Shown: piece after piece, positions 24,741 through 36,350 of the stretch
How positions within the stretch are numbered: position 1 is the first letter of the stretch
Layout: each line of letters starts with the position of its first letter
DNA from: Lama glama
Taxonomy: Eukaryota
Reading direction: 5' to 3'
DNA length: 64,000 bases
NCBI GenBank assembly: GCA_028534125.1
Contig: CM052817.1
Coordinates: 42,100,001-42,164,000, forward strand
Notes under the pieces: model-generated
Seen by the model: the letters and a program-made list of their open reading frames with translations, nothing else
Databases searched by the model: none
Told to the model about the DNA's origin: nothing
Program-made: the position numbers and the translations under genes

Positions 24741-27700
24741 AGCCTCATGCTCTGTGAAACCTAGTAAGAGCCCAAACAGTAAACTATTTAAAGCATCTCA
24801 GTGTCTGCCACTTTGAAATGCTGGGTAAATATAATTTTTTAATCTTAGCCCCCCTAATCTCTATCTCCTTCAGAGAGAGAAAAAAAATGCAAAGGTGCAC
24901 GTTGTTACGTGGGTGGTACTGCACACAGAATTGGGAAGAAGCAGTTTGTGGCAGAAAGTTAGGTGACACTTCTGGAAGCTGCAGGCCTTTCCTCTGGCCT
25001 TCTCAGGGTAAGGTAAAAGAATACGAAAGGCAGAGAAAAGGAACTTAGAACATGGAAGATGCTCAACAAATGTTTCTTGAGTAGAAAATGGCATTTCAAG
25101 TATTAATGAGACAAGGAGTCTGTCTGAAATGGAATGGGAAACCCAGGATTGGGACTGGCTTCCATCTCTCTGCACCTGGCTGCCAGTAGGCATGTTGGGA
25201 GCATTTCTATGTGACTTTAATGTCATGGCGTCTGGGAGAGGAAATTACAGGGGTGAATTTTCTTGGGGTGAATTAGGCCTTTAGTGGAGGTTTGAAATCT
25301 CTATATTCCCCCAAAGCTTGAGAATTCAATTTAGAGTCCAGGAGCTTACATTCAGACATCCTGTCATCATCCTTACAGCTTAGGCCCTTTCAGAATAGAG
25401 AGCATACCTACATCACCATATGCTTATCACTGCCACACTCCTTCAATGCCAGAGTCCTTTGATTTTTCAAATGAGAGCACCAACATCCTTTTTGTTGTTG
25501 TTGTTCTCTATAGATAATAGGATAATGGAGGATGATGTTTTACCGGGAACTAACAGGACATTGGGGAAAACATGGCCCCAAACAGCATTCAAGACCACAT
25601 CCTTCTGCTCTACTCCTGAGGGCAGAGAATGCTGATGCAGCAACAGCAATCTAAGGTATTTCATAAACTTCTGGCTTTTTGTCTGCTCTCCTCTCAGACC
25701 CTGACTAAAAAGTGTTAGCAGAAAGGAAAATAAAATGAGATAAAACCAATTCCTCAACTCTTACCCCCCCCCCCCCGGTGGGGAGGGCAAAGGCAACAAC
25801 TGGTGAGAAGGAGCTGCAACTTGGAAAAGATTTATTTTTCCTGGCTATAAATCTCACCCCCTTGTTCCTCTGCCCAACGAAGCATGATAAAGTCCTTTTC
25901 CATAAAGTATTCAGTATTAGAGCCACAAAGCTCCCCCAATCAGTAGCCATCTGCTTCTACCATAACTGCTGCTCCCGGAGCAGGGGAAGCAGCAGCAGAG
26001 AAAGGGCACCACTGTTAGGCTGCTGGACAAATGAGGAGGCTGAATAGCTTTGGTTTTCCTTGTGTATCTGTATCTATAGAGACAGGAGAAGAAAGGCCGC
26101 ATTATATTGATACAACAATTGTAAAACAAAACACGGAAGAGGCATCTAAAGGGCAATATCGCATGCATCAGGGGTCTCCAGATAAAAGGGGATCTAACAG
26201 ATTTATAGAAACCTTTAATTGGTTTTCAATTGAAAGCTAAAGAGGCTGGGGCGAAGCTGTGAAGAGTGGCAAAGTGCTCTCCCTCAGCCGTCTGGGAGGC
26301 GTGATCGATTTCGCCGAGGGCTAGAAGAAGAATCCGGAACCTGCCCGAAGCCTCGGCGAGGGCAGGGAACAACACTGTGTTGCGAGTTTAGCTCTGGGGC
26401 CAGGGAGTTACTGATTTGTTCATAATAACAGAATGTCTCAATCTCTTTCTCTCTCTCTCTCCGTTCCTGCTTCCCTTCCTCCTACCCTCCTTCAGTCTGG
26501 TAGGTAAGTGGAGAGGGAAGGAAGGGATGCAAAAGTAAATCCAACTTCCCGTCCCCGGATAAACAGAACTCAGCTTAAAAACGCCAAGCTTTAAACCCGT
26601 TCATCAGTTAGTAGGGAGGCCCCTTTGAAAAAACAGGAGTCCCGCCCGCCCGCACCCTACCCGTATCCTCTCCTCTCTCCTTTTCTGGACTCAAACCGGA
26701 GAAGCTAAAAAATCACTGGAGACTCTCCATTTAGTACATGGAGAAGTTTTTGCTTGCGCCCAACGGGCTGGTTTCAGAGCGCATTTCTCCACTCAGCAGG
26801 CACCGCGCTCCTTTACTTAACCCCTTCCTGCCCTGCCGGCGGCGGCCCCCACACGCTTACGAGGCCAGTGCCCACCCACACAACAGCCCCAGACATCCGT
26901 CCGTCGGTTCCTAAGGCTAGTTTATTGGCCCGACCCTCCATTATCTTTTTCGATTTCCTAATTAATCAAAGATAAAAGGCAATGGTGCAAATTACGATTA
27001 TGAGGGAACTGGAAGACGGTTTTGAATAAAATGGGAGAAGGGAAATGTGATTGATGGAACCACATGATAGGGGGTACTGAAATCTCAAGTGATAGAAATA
27101 GGCCTCAGGGGGTAAAACCCTGACCCCTCTGTCCTGCCAGCGGGCTTCTTTGCCTGCCCTAACGCTGTCGCAAGGGGACAGTTCCAAATGAGGTCACTTG
27201 GGTCCGAAGCCTTCGGAGGAAGGAGAACTGGGTTTTCTCTCAGGCTCCAACCTCATTAGGTGGCTACCGCCTAGCTAACTCTGTCCGCCCCTCCACCCCC
27301 GCCAGCGCGCCAGCCCCTCCATCCCCAGCGCCAACGCGCACTCCACAGCCGCCCCAGCGGAATTTCAGGACTATGGGCCAGGGATCCTAGTCCACAACAG
27401 GAACGCCCTTTGACTGAAATACACCCCATTATTACGTTGCTGCGCCAAGCCGCAAGTCGCTCACAGTTTTCCTTCTGTCTTTAAATACTCCTCCAGCGAG
27501 GCTAACTCTTCGTGAAATTGCAGGAAAACAAGTCTAGTAGGTCAGAGATTGCATTTGCTCCTGTAAGGGATTAATGGAGCCCCTGTCTGATGCTGCTTTC
27601 CAGAATTACGTTCGGATTAAAAGGCAGACACGGCAGGGGCATACATTTTGCATTCACTGGTGGCTGTGATTAATGTTTCCTAGGGGATTTGTCTTGGAAA

Positions 27701-28548
27701 CTTACAGAACGTGCTCTCGGAGGTCTAATGCCCGACAACCGCGCGTAGGGGCGAGCAGAGGGTCTGTGGGCACGCGCCAGAGCACTGGGGGATTAGAGGG
27801 GTCGTCAGATGGGCGCGCGATGCCAGGCCCCGCGGCCTTTTAGCGCCTTCTTCCCTCCACCCCAGTCCCAGTACAACTGCTACGGGGTACAGCAGTCAGG
27901 ACTATCCCAGGAGGCGGACTTCAGGTCTTACAGGAGTATGTATCAAAGAAAGTGCCCTCGAAGTGTCCGCTCCGGGTGGGGGAAAAGGGCTCAGTACCGG
28001 ACCACTGAACTTCATATATCCGTCCAGTTAAGGGAATTCCGAGCTCCGTGTTCAGGGGAGGCGCTGCTCCCAAATGCCTCACTCTCCGCCTCAAACCAGA
28101 GTCTACGGGCCCAGACCCGGAAGAGAGTGACTGCAGTCCCCTCAGGCCCCCCATAATCAGGGTTGCTTTCGGGGGCACCCAGGGGAGCACCTGTGGAGAG
28201 CAGCCAGAGCCTGGACAGGAAAAATATCCCCTTTCTCATTGCCCCGGGGGTCTGTCAAACCCTGACCGCGCGGGTAAAGAGACCAGAGAAAGAGGAAAGT
28301 TCCAGGATGTAAGGGAGCAGGCGGGGAGAAGGAAGGGAAACTGGCAAGGAAGGAAAAAAGAGAAGCAACTAGGAATCGGGTGAGAGCGTAGGGAGAAAAA
28401 CGCAGAAAATGGGGAAGGGGGTGGTCGCAGTTGCTGGGCATTACCGCTCTCCGGCAGAAGGGGGCACCTTTCCGGCCTGGACAGCCTTCCACTCGGCTGG
28501 GGCAGGACGCCCTGGCGGGCCCACCCTCGGGCTGGGCTCCGGGGTGCT

Positions 28549-28567
28549 GGGCGCCCCCTCCTGGCGG
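28549..28567 (-). promoter_or_regulatory. CTCF-like motif
   Basis: Minus-strand CCGCCAGGAGGGGGCGCCC closely matches the CTCF core CCASYAGRKGGCRS. Confidence 0.55.
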
Positions 28568-28745
28568 CTCCGCGGCGCTCCGGGCGGTCCCGCGGGTGCT
28601 CTGCTCCAGCGACTGCTCCGCCGGCGGCGCAGGGGACGTGGAGGTGGTGCCGGGAGGAGAGTCGGGAGACGGAGTGAGGGTGTGAGGGTGCTGCGGCGGC
28701 GAAGAGGCTCCCCGCTCCCCGCACCCTCCCCTGCGCCTTCCTCAC

Positions 28746-29000
28746 CTGGGGCCTGCACGGCCCCTTCATCGCGGGCACAGCTCCTGCGCGCTCCTCGGCG
28801 GCCCCAGCTCCCGCCCTGATCCGAGCCGGCGGCGGAGCCCGCCCTCCTCGCCGAGCGGTCGCGGTCTCTGCTGCAGCAGCTGGGAGGGAGGGAGCGACCG
28901 CCGGCTGCTGCCGGGCGGCGTCTGGGGGCCGCGAGCCGAGCGCGAGGAGCCGCCATCTGGAGCCTGGCAGCGGGCGGGGGTGCGGGTGCAAGGGAAAGGG
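28746..29000 (-). other. Candidate distal first exon of PRDM8
   Basis: Core of the CpG island, strong donor CAG|gtgagg at 28745, YY1-like CCAGATGGCGGC at 28949-28960. Human PRDM8 has upstream non-coding exons (recalled). 5' end approximate. Confidence 0.45.
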
Positions 29001-31084
29001 CCTGGCGGCTCGGCCCAGGGTACACGAGGGGCCGAGGTCCGAGCGTGGGAGCGCGTGCTTGAGTGCTTGTGGTGGAGTGTGAGTGAGGGTGTATGGCCCC
29101 TGGGGAGGAGGAGCAGAACCCTGCCCCTTGAAAGTCCCACTGAATTCCGGAACACTCCCTACAGGCAGGTCTAGCAAAAGAGAGGGGGGGACCAGCGTGG
29201 CAGTCCCTCCTCCCACCAGCTATTTCCCCAGGAGGTTGGAGAGTTTGGGATGGGGATGGGGAGGGGGCTGGGGCTGGGGCTGGGGGAGGGGGGGCAAAAC
29301 ACTCCTACGCGCGCATACACCCGCTGTCCATCAGAAGTGGTTTTCTCATTTCCCTTTCCTCCCACCTTGTTCATCCCACTCCAGGAAACAGTCCTCTCCA
29401 AACGGCATGGGTTTTTGGACACCTCCACATTACTTCAGAGAACTACTTCAGCCAGAACGTGGGACAGACACTGACAGGATATCACCCTTGAGAATAAATA
29501 CCGTCTAGTTTCCAGTGGATGGTGGAAAAGGGAAGGGGTGGGGTGAGGGAAGCTCATCCTTGCACTGCTAGCACAGTGAAGGAGAGAATAATTGGGGAGG
29601 GGCAGGATAGGAAGTGTTATTTCTCCCCTCTTTTTTCATTTCAGATCCTTCCAATATTTTTTATCTTTAAAAAAATTTCCCTTCCTAAGTTTGGATGGGG
29701 GGGGGGAGCAAACTCATGGAAGTGGAAAGGTGAGAAAGTATGGGAGAGGGCCAAGGGAGCCGGTCAAGGAACTGAAGCTCTCCAGCTTTGGGGCAATCTC
29801 TGCGGGAGATGCCCTCAGCTATAGGTTTTAGCTCAATGTAGGGAGAGCTGATCGGGTGTATAGGTGGTAGTGGGAAGTCTGGATTGAAAAAAAAAAAGCA
29901 TACTCATTCCCACCCCAAGGCATTAAAAGACACCCCCTCCCCAGCTGTCTTGTGTCCGGCAGAATGGCATTATGTAAAAGATCTGGCATGTCACCCAGTG
30001 GCACATCTGGTAGGTGTAGATGGCATTCATTAGCACAGGGCTTCTACTCTGCAGCATGCCAAAGCCCTGACAGAGATGCCCGCTGCCAATCATTCATTCG
30101 CTGCCAATCCCAGAGCTCGGCCGGGCGGGATGGCTCCCTTCCACCCTGGCACCAGGACTGGAGGAAACAATTTGTTGAGATACCAAGAGATGAAAGCGGA
30201 GTTGAGGATGCAAGGCACCCAACAGATGTATCCCGTGAGGAGATAACGGTGCGAAAAGTCATTTAGCAAGAAAACATATGCAGGATCTCAGGAGGGAGGC
30301 TTGGGCTGGGGTCTGCCTGCCTAGGGATGAGCTAAGGGAGGGGCAGGGGAACCCCTTCGAAACCTCAAGCTGAAGTTGCTCCTGTGAAAAAACACAAAGA
30401 TCAATCCCCCCCCTTAACTGTAAGACCTCTTCCTCCCTCCTGCCCTCTCTCTCTCCCCTCACCCCTGCCCTGCCATGTGTACCTCTGTTTATCTAACTAG
30501 CTCTGAAAAGATGAACTTTTCTGCCATCCTCAAGGCTTTCTGATCACTGATATAAAGAGCACCTTCCTGTTCTTAACGTTGCACCATTCTCTTTGCCTTG
30601 TAATTTGTGGAGGGAGGTGGGCTGTTAGGTTATCTTTACTGCATCTTAAAAAGTAAAATGTGTTTGGGGTACTAAAATATTGCATATATTAATATGAACA
30701 AAAAATGGGTAAAGATCTTATTTCAATTCCTGGTCTTTCAAAAGAGAGAGATAAAGGAAAGCAAGGGGATTATTAAAACGGCAAAGGCTGGATAAACATA
30801 AAATCTAGAATAGGGGTTGCCTCTGAGGTTGTCCTTTTTTATTAGGCTGGGTTGTGGTTACCTAGATGGTCAGTGTATTGTTTTCCTTTATGCCATGCAC
30901 ATATTTTATAAGTATTCTTTTTGCCCATTCAATTTAAAAACAACAAAACTCAGAGGTTTGAGGAACTCAGTGTTTGAGCATAACAGCTCTTTATTGAATA
31001 TATACACATATATACTATATATAAAATTTTAATACTCCTTTTAGTATAAATGTATACTGTGAAATATTTGGGGCATAACTTATG

Positions 31085-31285
31085 CTGCTGGCTCATGATC
31101 ACAAGATGACTGCTCTAATTCCAGGCATCACACTATTGTTTTAAGCATGAAGGAAGGGGCGGGGCAAAGAAAAGTTGTTCTTTCCTTTTGTGTGAAGGAA
31201 GTACTTTTACTTTTTATTAGCCAGACCTGGGTCATCTGGCCATAGATAACTGCAAGAAGTCTGGGAGAATTAACCTTTAAAATGT
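31085..31285. mobile_element. Ancient MaLR LTR fragment (MLT1J/K/L-like)
   Basis: caagatgactgc...attagccagacctgggtca...aactgcaagaagtctggga. Confidence 0.5.
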
Positions 31286-31669
31286 AAAAAGATAGGGAGA
31301 AGAGTATTAGGAATGGTTGTTGAGTTGCGACCAAGGGTTTCTGACCAAAAACTCAGGGCAAGGAAGACTAATTTTAGCACCAGGCAAGAGCAGATGATCA
31401 AGCTTTATCATTGTTTTAAATAAAAGTCTTTTGTTTTTATTATAGACATTAAAACTTACCAGTCAGGATACTGTACTTGAATTTAGCAATTTCTTTGTGA
31501 ATTTCATCAGATTCTATTTCAAAATAAGGCCTCAAGCTTAATCAATATGTTCATAAGACAGCAGACACAAAATCTGACATATATAAATAACATTAGTTTT
31601 TGGAAGGAAAGTATAGACCCAATTTTTTTTTTTTTTTAAATTTCAATGAAACAAGGAAAATGGCTCATA

Positions 31670-31820
31670 GGAAGGACTAGAGTTTTAATCCCAACTATGT
31701 GACTCACTGGACGTGTGACTTTGGGTATTTTACTTGTTTAAGTCTATGTCCTTATCTGTAAATGGGTTAATAATGTTAATAATGCCTTGCAGGGTTACGT
31801 TGAAACTTAGAAATAATGAC
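31670..31820 (+). mobile_element. MIR SINE
   Basis: tgtgactttggg...cttatctgtaaatggg...ataatgccttgcagggtt. Confidence 0.6.
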
Positions 31821-31829
31821 AGGTTTTTA

Positions 31830-32290
31830 AAGGTGGTAATTTTGGGGGACCCAGCAGGAAAAAGAATTCAGTCCAAATGGGTCATATGAAGAGACTGCTT
31901 AAAAAGATGTGAGCATGGTTATGGAACAAATGAGATGATGAAGCACAGAAACAGTGCATTGAGAAGCTCTTAGGAGAATTAGTGTTTCTGGAACTCAGTA
32001 GTACTGGAACCGTAGAGAAGGGGCCCAGTGAGAGTCATAGGAACATGGCTGTTGCCAGAGAGGTAGTGGCATAGCAAGGAGGGAGCAGGGGTGAAACACT
32101 CCAGTCTTTCCCTTCTCACATCTTCCAGTTTCACGTTGATATCTTCCATTGGCCAAACCCAACTGGTAACTAGGTGGCACTGTACTGGAAGCATGCTGAT
32201 GAATCTGCATGGGTCAGCTTTTGAGGACACTGAGTCAGGCATAGAAGGCTGGAGAATGGATCTTGGGGAGACAAAGGGAGAATAATCAGC
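31830..32290. mobile_element. Ancient MaLR LTR (MLT1-type)
   Basis: ccattggccaaacccaactgg...gggtcagc...gagaatggatct. Confidence 0.5.
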
Positions 32291-33049
32291 ACACCATTAT
32301 TATTATTCAGCAATAAGATTGTCTGAGAACCCTCCCTGCAAACATCTTTGCAAAGCATAGTTCCAATGGGAAGTAAAAACTTAAGAGGCTTTGTAAACCT
32401 AACCATCCAAGTTTTTAAGAATCATCTCTCAGAGCCCTTTGGCTGAAAGTTCCTACTAGCACTCATGAAAGGTTTCCAGAAGTCTTGGCAGGCTTTGTAA
32501 GCCAAGACCTGGAAGAATTTTAGAGTACGCCCTATTGACTTCCTTTGGGCTTCCCCAGGTCTCTCATCATTTTGTGGCTTCCTGTGTCAGGATCAGTCTT
32601 GCTAGACCCAGTTAATCACTTGCTGGCTGTTGCTTTCAAGGAAGCCAGCCAGTATTCAGCAAAAAGTGACTACTTTATAACAAATCAACCTCACAGCAAC
32701 AGGAAACCCTACTAATGCCTTTTCTTGAGTTCAGAGTCTGTGTGGACTTCAGATTGAAGTAATCTTTCCTCTTTCCAATTTTGCCATCCCTGTCCTTTCC
32801 ACCTATATCTGAACTAACCCAGAGACAAGACAATGAAAAACAACGGTAAAGAAACATATTCTCTTTTCTAAGTTTAGATAAAATTATAAGAGTATAAGAG
32901 TCTTGAGTGTTTACTCTAGATAATTAGCACAATTAAAAGCCTCATTTCTGAATCTCCTAGAAACTAAGTTTGAAAAATTGGTAGGCCTGAAGTAAAATTA
33001 GTAGCCATTGTTTTAATGGAGAGAAACAGATTAACAAATTAGAAAAAAA

Positions 33050-33549
33050 NNNNNNNNNNNNNNNNNNNNNNNNNNNNNNNNNNNNNNNNNNNNNNNNNNN
33101 NNNNNNNNNNNNNNNNNNNNNNNNNNNNNNNNNNNNNNNNNNNNNNNNNNNNNNNNNNNNNNNNNNNNNNNNNNNNNNNNNNNNNNNNNNNNNNNNNNNN
33201 NNNNNNNNNNNNNNNNNNNNNNNNNNNNNNNNNNNNNNNNNNNNNNNNNNNNNNNNNNNNNNNNNNNNNNNNNNNNNNNNNNNNNNNNNNNNNNNNNNNN
33301 NNNNNNNNNNNNNNNNNNNNNNNNNNNNNNNNNNNNNNNNNNNNNNNNNNNNNNNNNNNNNNNNNNNNNNNNNNNNNNNNNNNNNNNNNNNNNNNNNNNN
33401 NNNNNNNNNNNNNNNNNNNNNNNNNNNNNNNNNNNNNNNNNNNNNNNNNNNNNNNNNNNNNNNNNNNNNNNNNNNNNNNNNNNNNNNNNNNNNNNNNNNN
33501 NNNNNNNNNNNNNNNNNNNNNNNNNNNNNNNNNNNNNNNNNNNNNNNNN
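33050..33549. other. Assembly gap (500 N)
   Basis: Run of N. Confidence 1.
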
Positions 33550-33870
33550 TAAGGCAAGGATGGTCATTCTCAGCACTTTTATTCAACATTGCCTTGGAGA
33601 TCTTAGCCAGGGAAACAAGGCAAATAATAATAATAATAGAAATAATAATAATTAAAAAACCACTCAAGTTCAAAAAAGGAAATTTAAAATTTCTCTTTTT
33701 TTTCATAAAGGACACATGGTCTATGTAGAAAATCCTAAAGAATCTACACACACACACACACAAAACCTGAAACAACACACAAGTGAGCTAAGCAAAATCA
33801 CAGGGTACAAAGGGTTAATCTACAAATATCAATTTTATTTCTCTATTTTAGCAGCCTACATTCGGAAATT
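33550..33870 (+). mobile_element. Decayed L1 ORF2 (reverse transcriptase) fragment
   Basis: Encodes RQGWSFSALLFNIALEILA, resembling the L1 RT motif RQGCPLSPLLFNIVLEVLA. Confidence 0.8.
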
Positions 33871-34444
33871 AGGTATTTGTCAGTTTTAAAATTTTTTACA
33901 ATTTCTTTTTTCCTTCTAAATAAATATTCATGATTGCACCTAATATTCTATTCATATTTTGTATTCTAGCTCTTAATGAAATTCTCCAAAATTTGACAAG
34001 CTTCAGGCCCCATAAAACCCTGGTGCTTTCCTAACACAAATGTTATGGTCTACTTAAATGATGTCTTATTGTGTACCACTGTAATGTGAAGCACACTTAG
34101 AAAATAATTAAACCTACTAATGCAACATTCTGCATGCTTCCTTCTAAAATAATAGTTCCAAATTATCAACGAGATCATTTATAGAAAGCACTCTGTGAAG
34201 TAGTAAGTGCCAAATCAATGCAAAATATTACCCTTATTATCTTTTTAAATATAAGCATCTGGAGCTCTCAACATTTGTCTGATAACCATTTTGTGATCTT
34301 CTAGTAGTTAGTATATGACACTGCTGGGGCTGTGGAGGGTATAAAGATAAAATATATCCAATAATTGCCTTCAGGGAATTTACAGTCTCCAGTATGGTAA
34401 CACTGTAAACTGAACACAAAATTTGGATATAAACTCTATGTTAG

Positions 34445-34795
34445 TGCTATGAACTGAATTCCGTCCCTCCAAAATTCATCTGTTGAAGCCCTAACTCCCA
34501 ACATGATAGTATTCGGAGAAGAGGCCTTTGGGAGGTGATGAGGCTTAGATCAGTTCATGAGGATGGAACCCAGATGATGGGCTTAGTGTCCTTATGAAAA
34601 GAGACACCAAAGAGCTTACTCTCTCTCTCCCAACCACGTGAAGAAGGCAGCGGTCTGCAAGCCAAGGAGAGAGTTCTCACCAGAATCCAACGCTGTTGGC
34701 ACCCTGAACTCTGACTTCCAGCCTTTGGAACTGTGAGAAAATTAATTTCTGTTGTTAAACCACCCAGTTAGTTGACCAAGGCCAACTAATATAGT
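34445..34795 (+). mobile_element. Solo MaLR LTR (MLT1A-like)
   Basis: tgctatgaactgaat...ccaaaattca...ggcctttgggaggtgat...gaactgtgagaaaattaatttctgttgtt. Confidence 0.85.
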
Positions 34796-36084
34796 CACCA
34801 AATTTCAACGTTTTTAAAATTATAGTCCACATTTTAAAGTGGAAATTATAATCCAATACACAAATACACTCAGACAAAGTTTTCACAAAATAATACTTAA
34901 GCTTAGTGCATGCTACCTACACTTTCTCATAGTTTTCTCTTCTACCCTACTTCATTTTGTAAAATGCTGGCCCCAACTCTTTTAGTTTATTTCATTACCT
35001 CCTAATAAATCACAACCTATTATCTGAAAAATACCATTCTATGAGACTATTTTATTCTATGGGGTGTGTACTAAAAACTCCATTCCATTAATATAACCTA
35101 TACGGAAATCTCTATTAGCTCTAATAAAAATTGTTTTGAACTCTACTGAGTGAAAAAGAAGACACTGAAACCCTAACCGCCCTTCCTCCCAATTATTCAT
35201 ACATATATTTTATTAGAGCAAAGACCTCAGCTGTCGCTCTGTATACATACATATTCAAGAGAGCACACACACACACATATACTCACATGCCTTCACCCTC
35301 TGTATATCTATATATTAAAATTGATTGCTTTTTCACAGTGACAACTGCAGTGAAAGCTCCCTGCAGGGACTCACAGGAGTCTGAGTGAAGGGGTTATTTT
35401 AGCAGTTCTTCACCATCCGAGAATCGCATTGAGCCACAAGAGCTTTCTGACAGGACTTGGCAAGGTTTGCATTATATTCAAGACTGTTTATTCTGTTGGA
35501 AAATTTATCATAAAGGGGTTTGGCTCTTTTCTAAAGTACATTCGGTGTGTGTGTGCACACGTGTGTGGGCATGTGTGTGCATATGCACACATGTGCATGT
35601 ATATGTATATATTAATATTCCATAAAATATATGGATATAGATGGAGATACAGAGATATTTTGTTAATTCTTTGATGGCAACATGTGTGCCTGAGTTATTA
35701 TTAAACTAATAATTATTATAATGATAAATAATTATTTACTTACTTAGAAAACACATCACGTTGATGGAATAATGCTGAGATCCTACCTAGCCAAAGTACA
35801 AATTTGCACCTACTAGCTGACTAATCACAATAACTGGACTCAATAATTTCCTTATCCTGCAAATTACTAATAAAATTTAGTTACTGCATTTCCAAGTTCC
35901 CAAATCTCTGTTTTTTCTTCATCTCCCTAGCTTACCTTTTCTGTAACCCATATTTTATTACATCCCAATCTTTTATTTCCCAATCTTTTGTTTCCTGCTC
36001 TTTCCAATATGATTCTCTTGGGCCTTCTAAAGTCCACTACTTGCTGTTCAGCCTGACTGTGATGTCCTCTCTCCCTTTATAGCA

Positions 36085-36350
36085 GGCTCCTATTCATCTC
36101 TCAAGATCAATCTCAGATAATCTCCTTCTGTGAATCCTTCTCTGACCAACCCGAACAGAATGAATCACTCCCCACCTCATACTCTGGCTATAATGAGGCC
36201 CTCATCATCTTTTGTTTTTTCTCTTCTTACTCTTCTATTAAAATATAACCTCCTTGAGGGTTGAGATTGTGTCATATTCATATTCCATCTTCAGTGTCTC
36301 TTACAGACTGTGGTTCTAAGGTATTAAGTTGATTAACTGATTGATTGACC
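36085..36350 (+). mobile_element. L2 LINE 3' end
   Basis: tcctattcatc...ccttctctgacc...ctccttgaggg...gattgtgtc, followed by (tgat)n. Confidence 0.6.

Larger units (their letters stand above)
27720..29330. promoter_or_regulatory. Distal CpG island / alternative promoter
   Basis: Dense CpG, with a core at 28430-29060. Confidence 0.8.

Noticed and set aside
24084..24816. 209-, 190- and 160-aa ORFs
   Set aside because: CpG-island artefacts, open in multiple frames on both strands.
28236..29216. 326-aa minus-strand ORF and overlapping ORFs
   Set aside because: Pro/Arg/Ala-rich frames expected in a CpG island where stop codons are rare, and it reads through a strong splice donor.
32957..33778. 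ORFs spanning an N run (likewise 48714-49478)
   Set aside because: Artefacts of assembly gaps.
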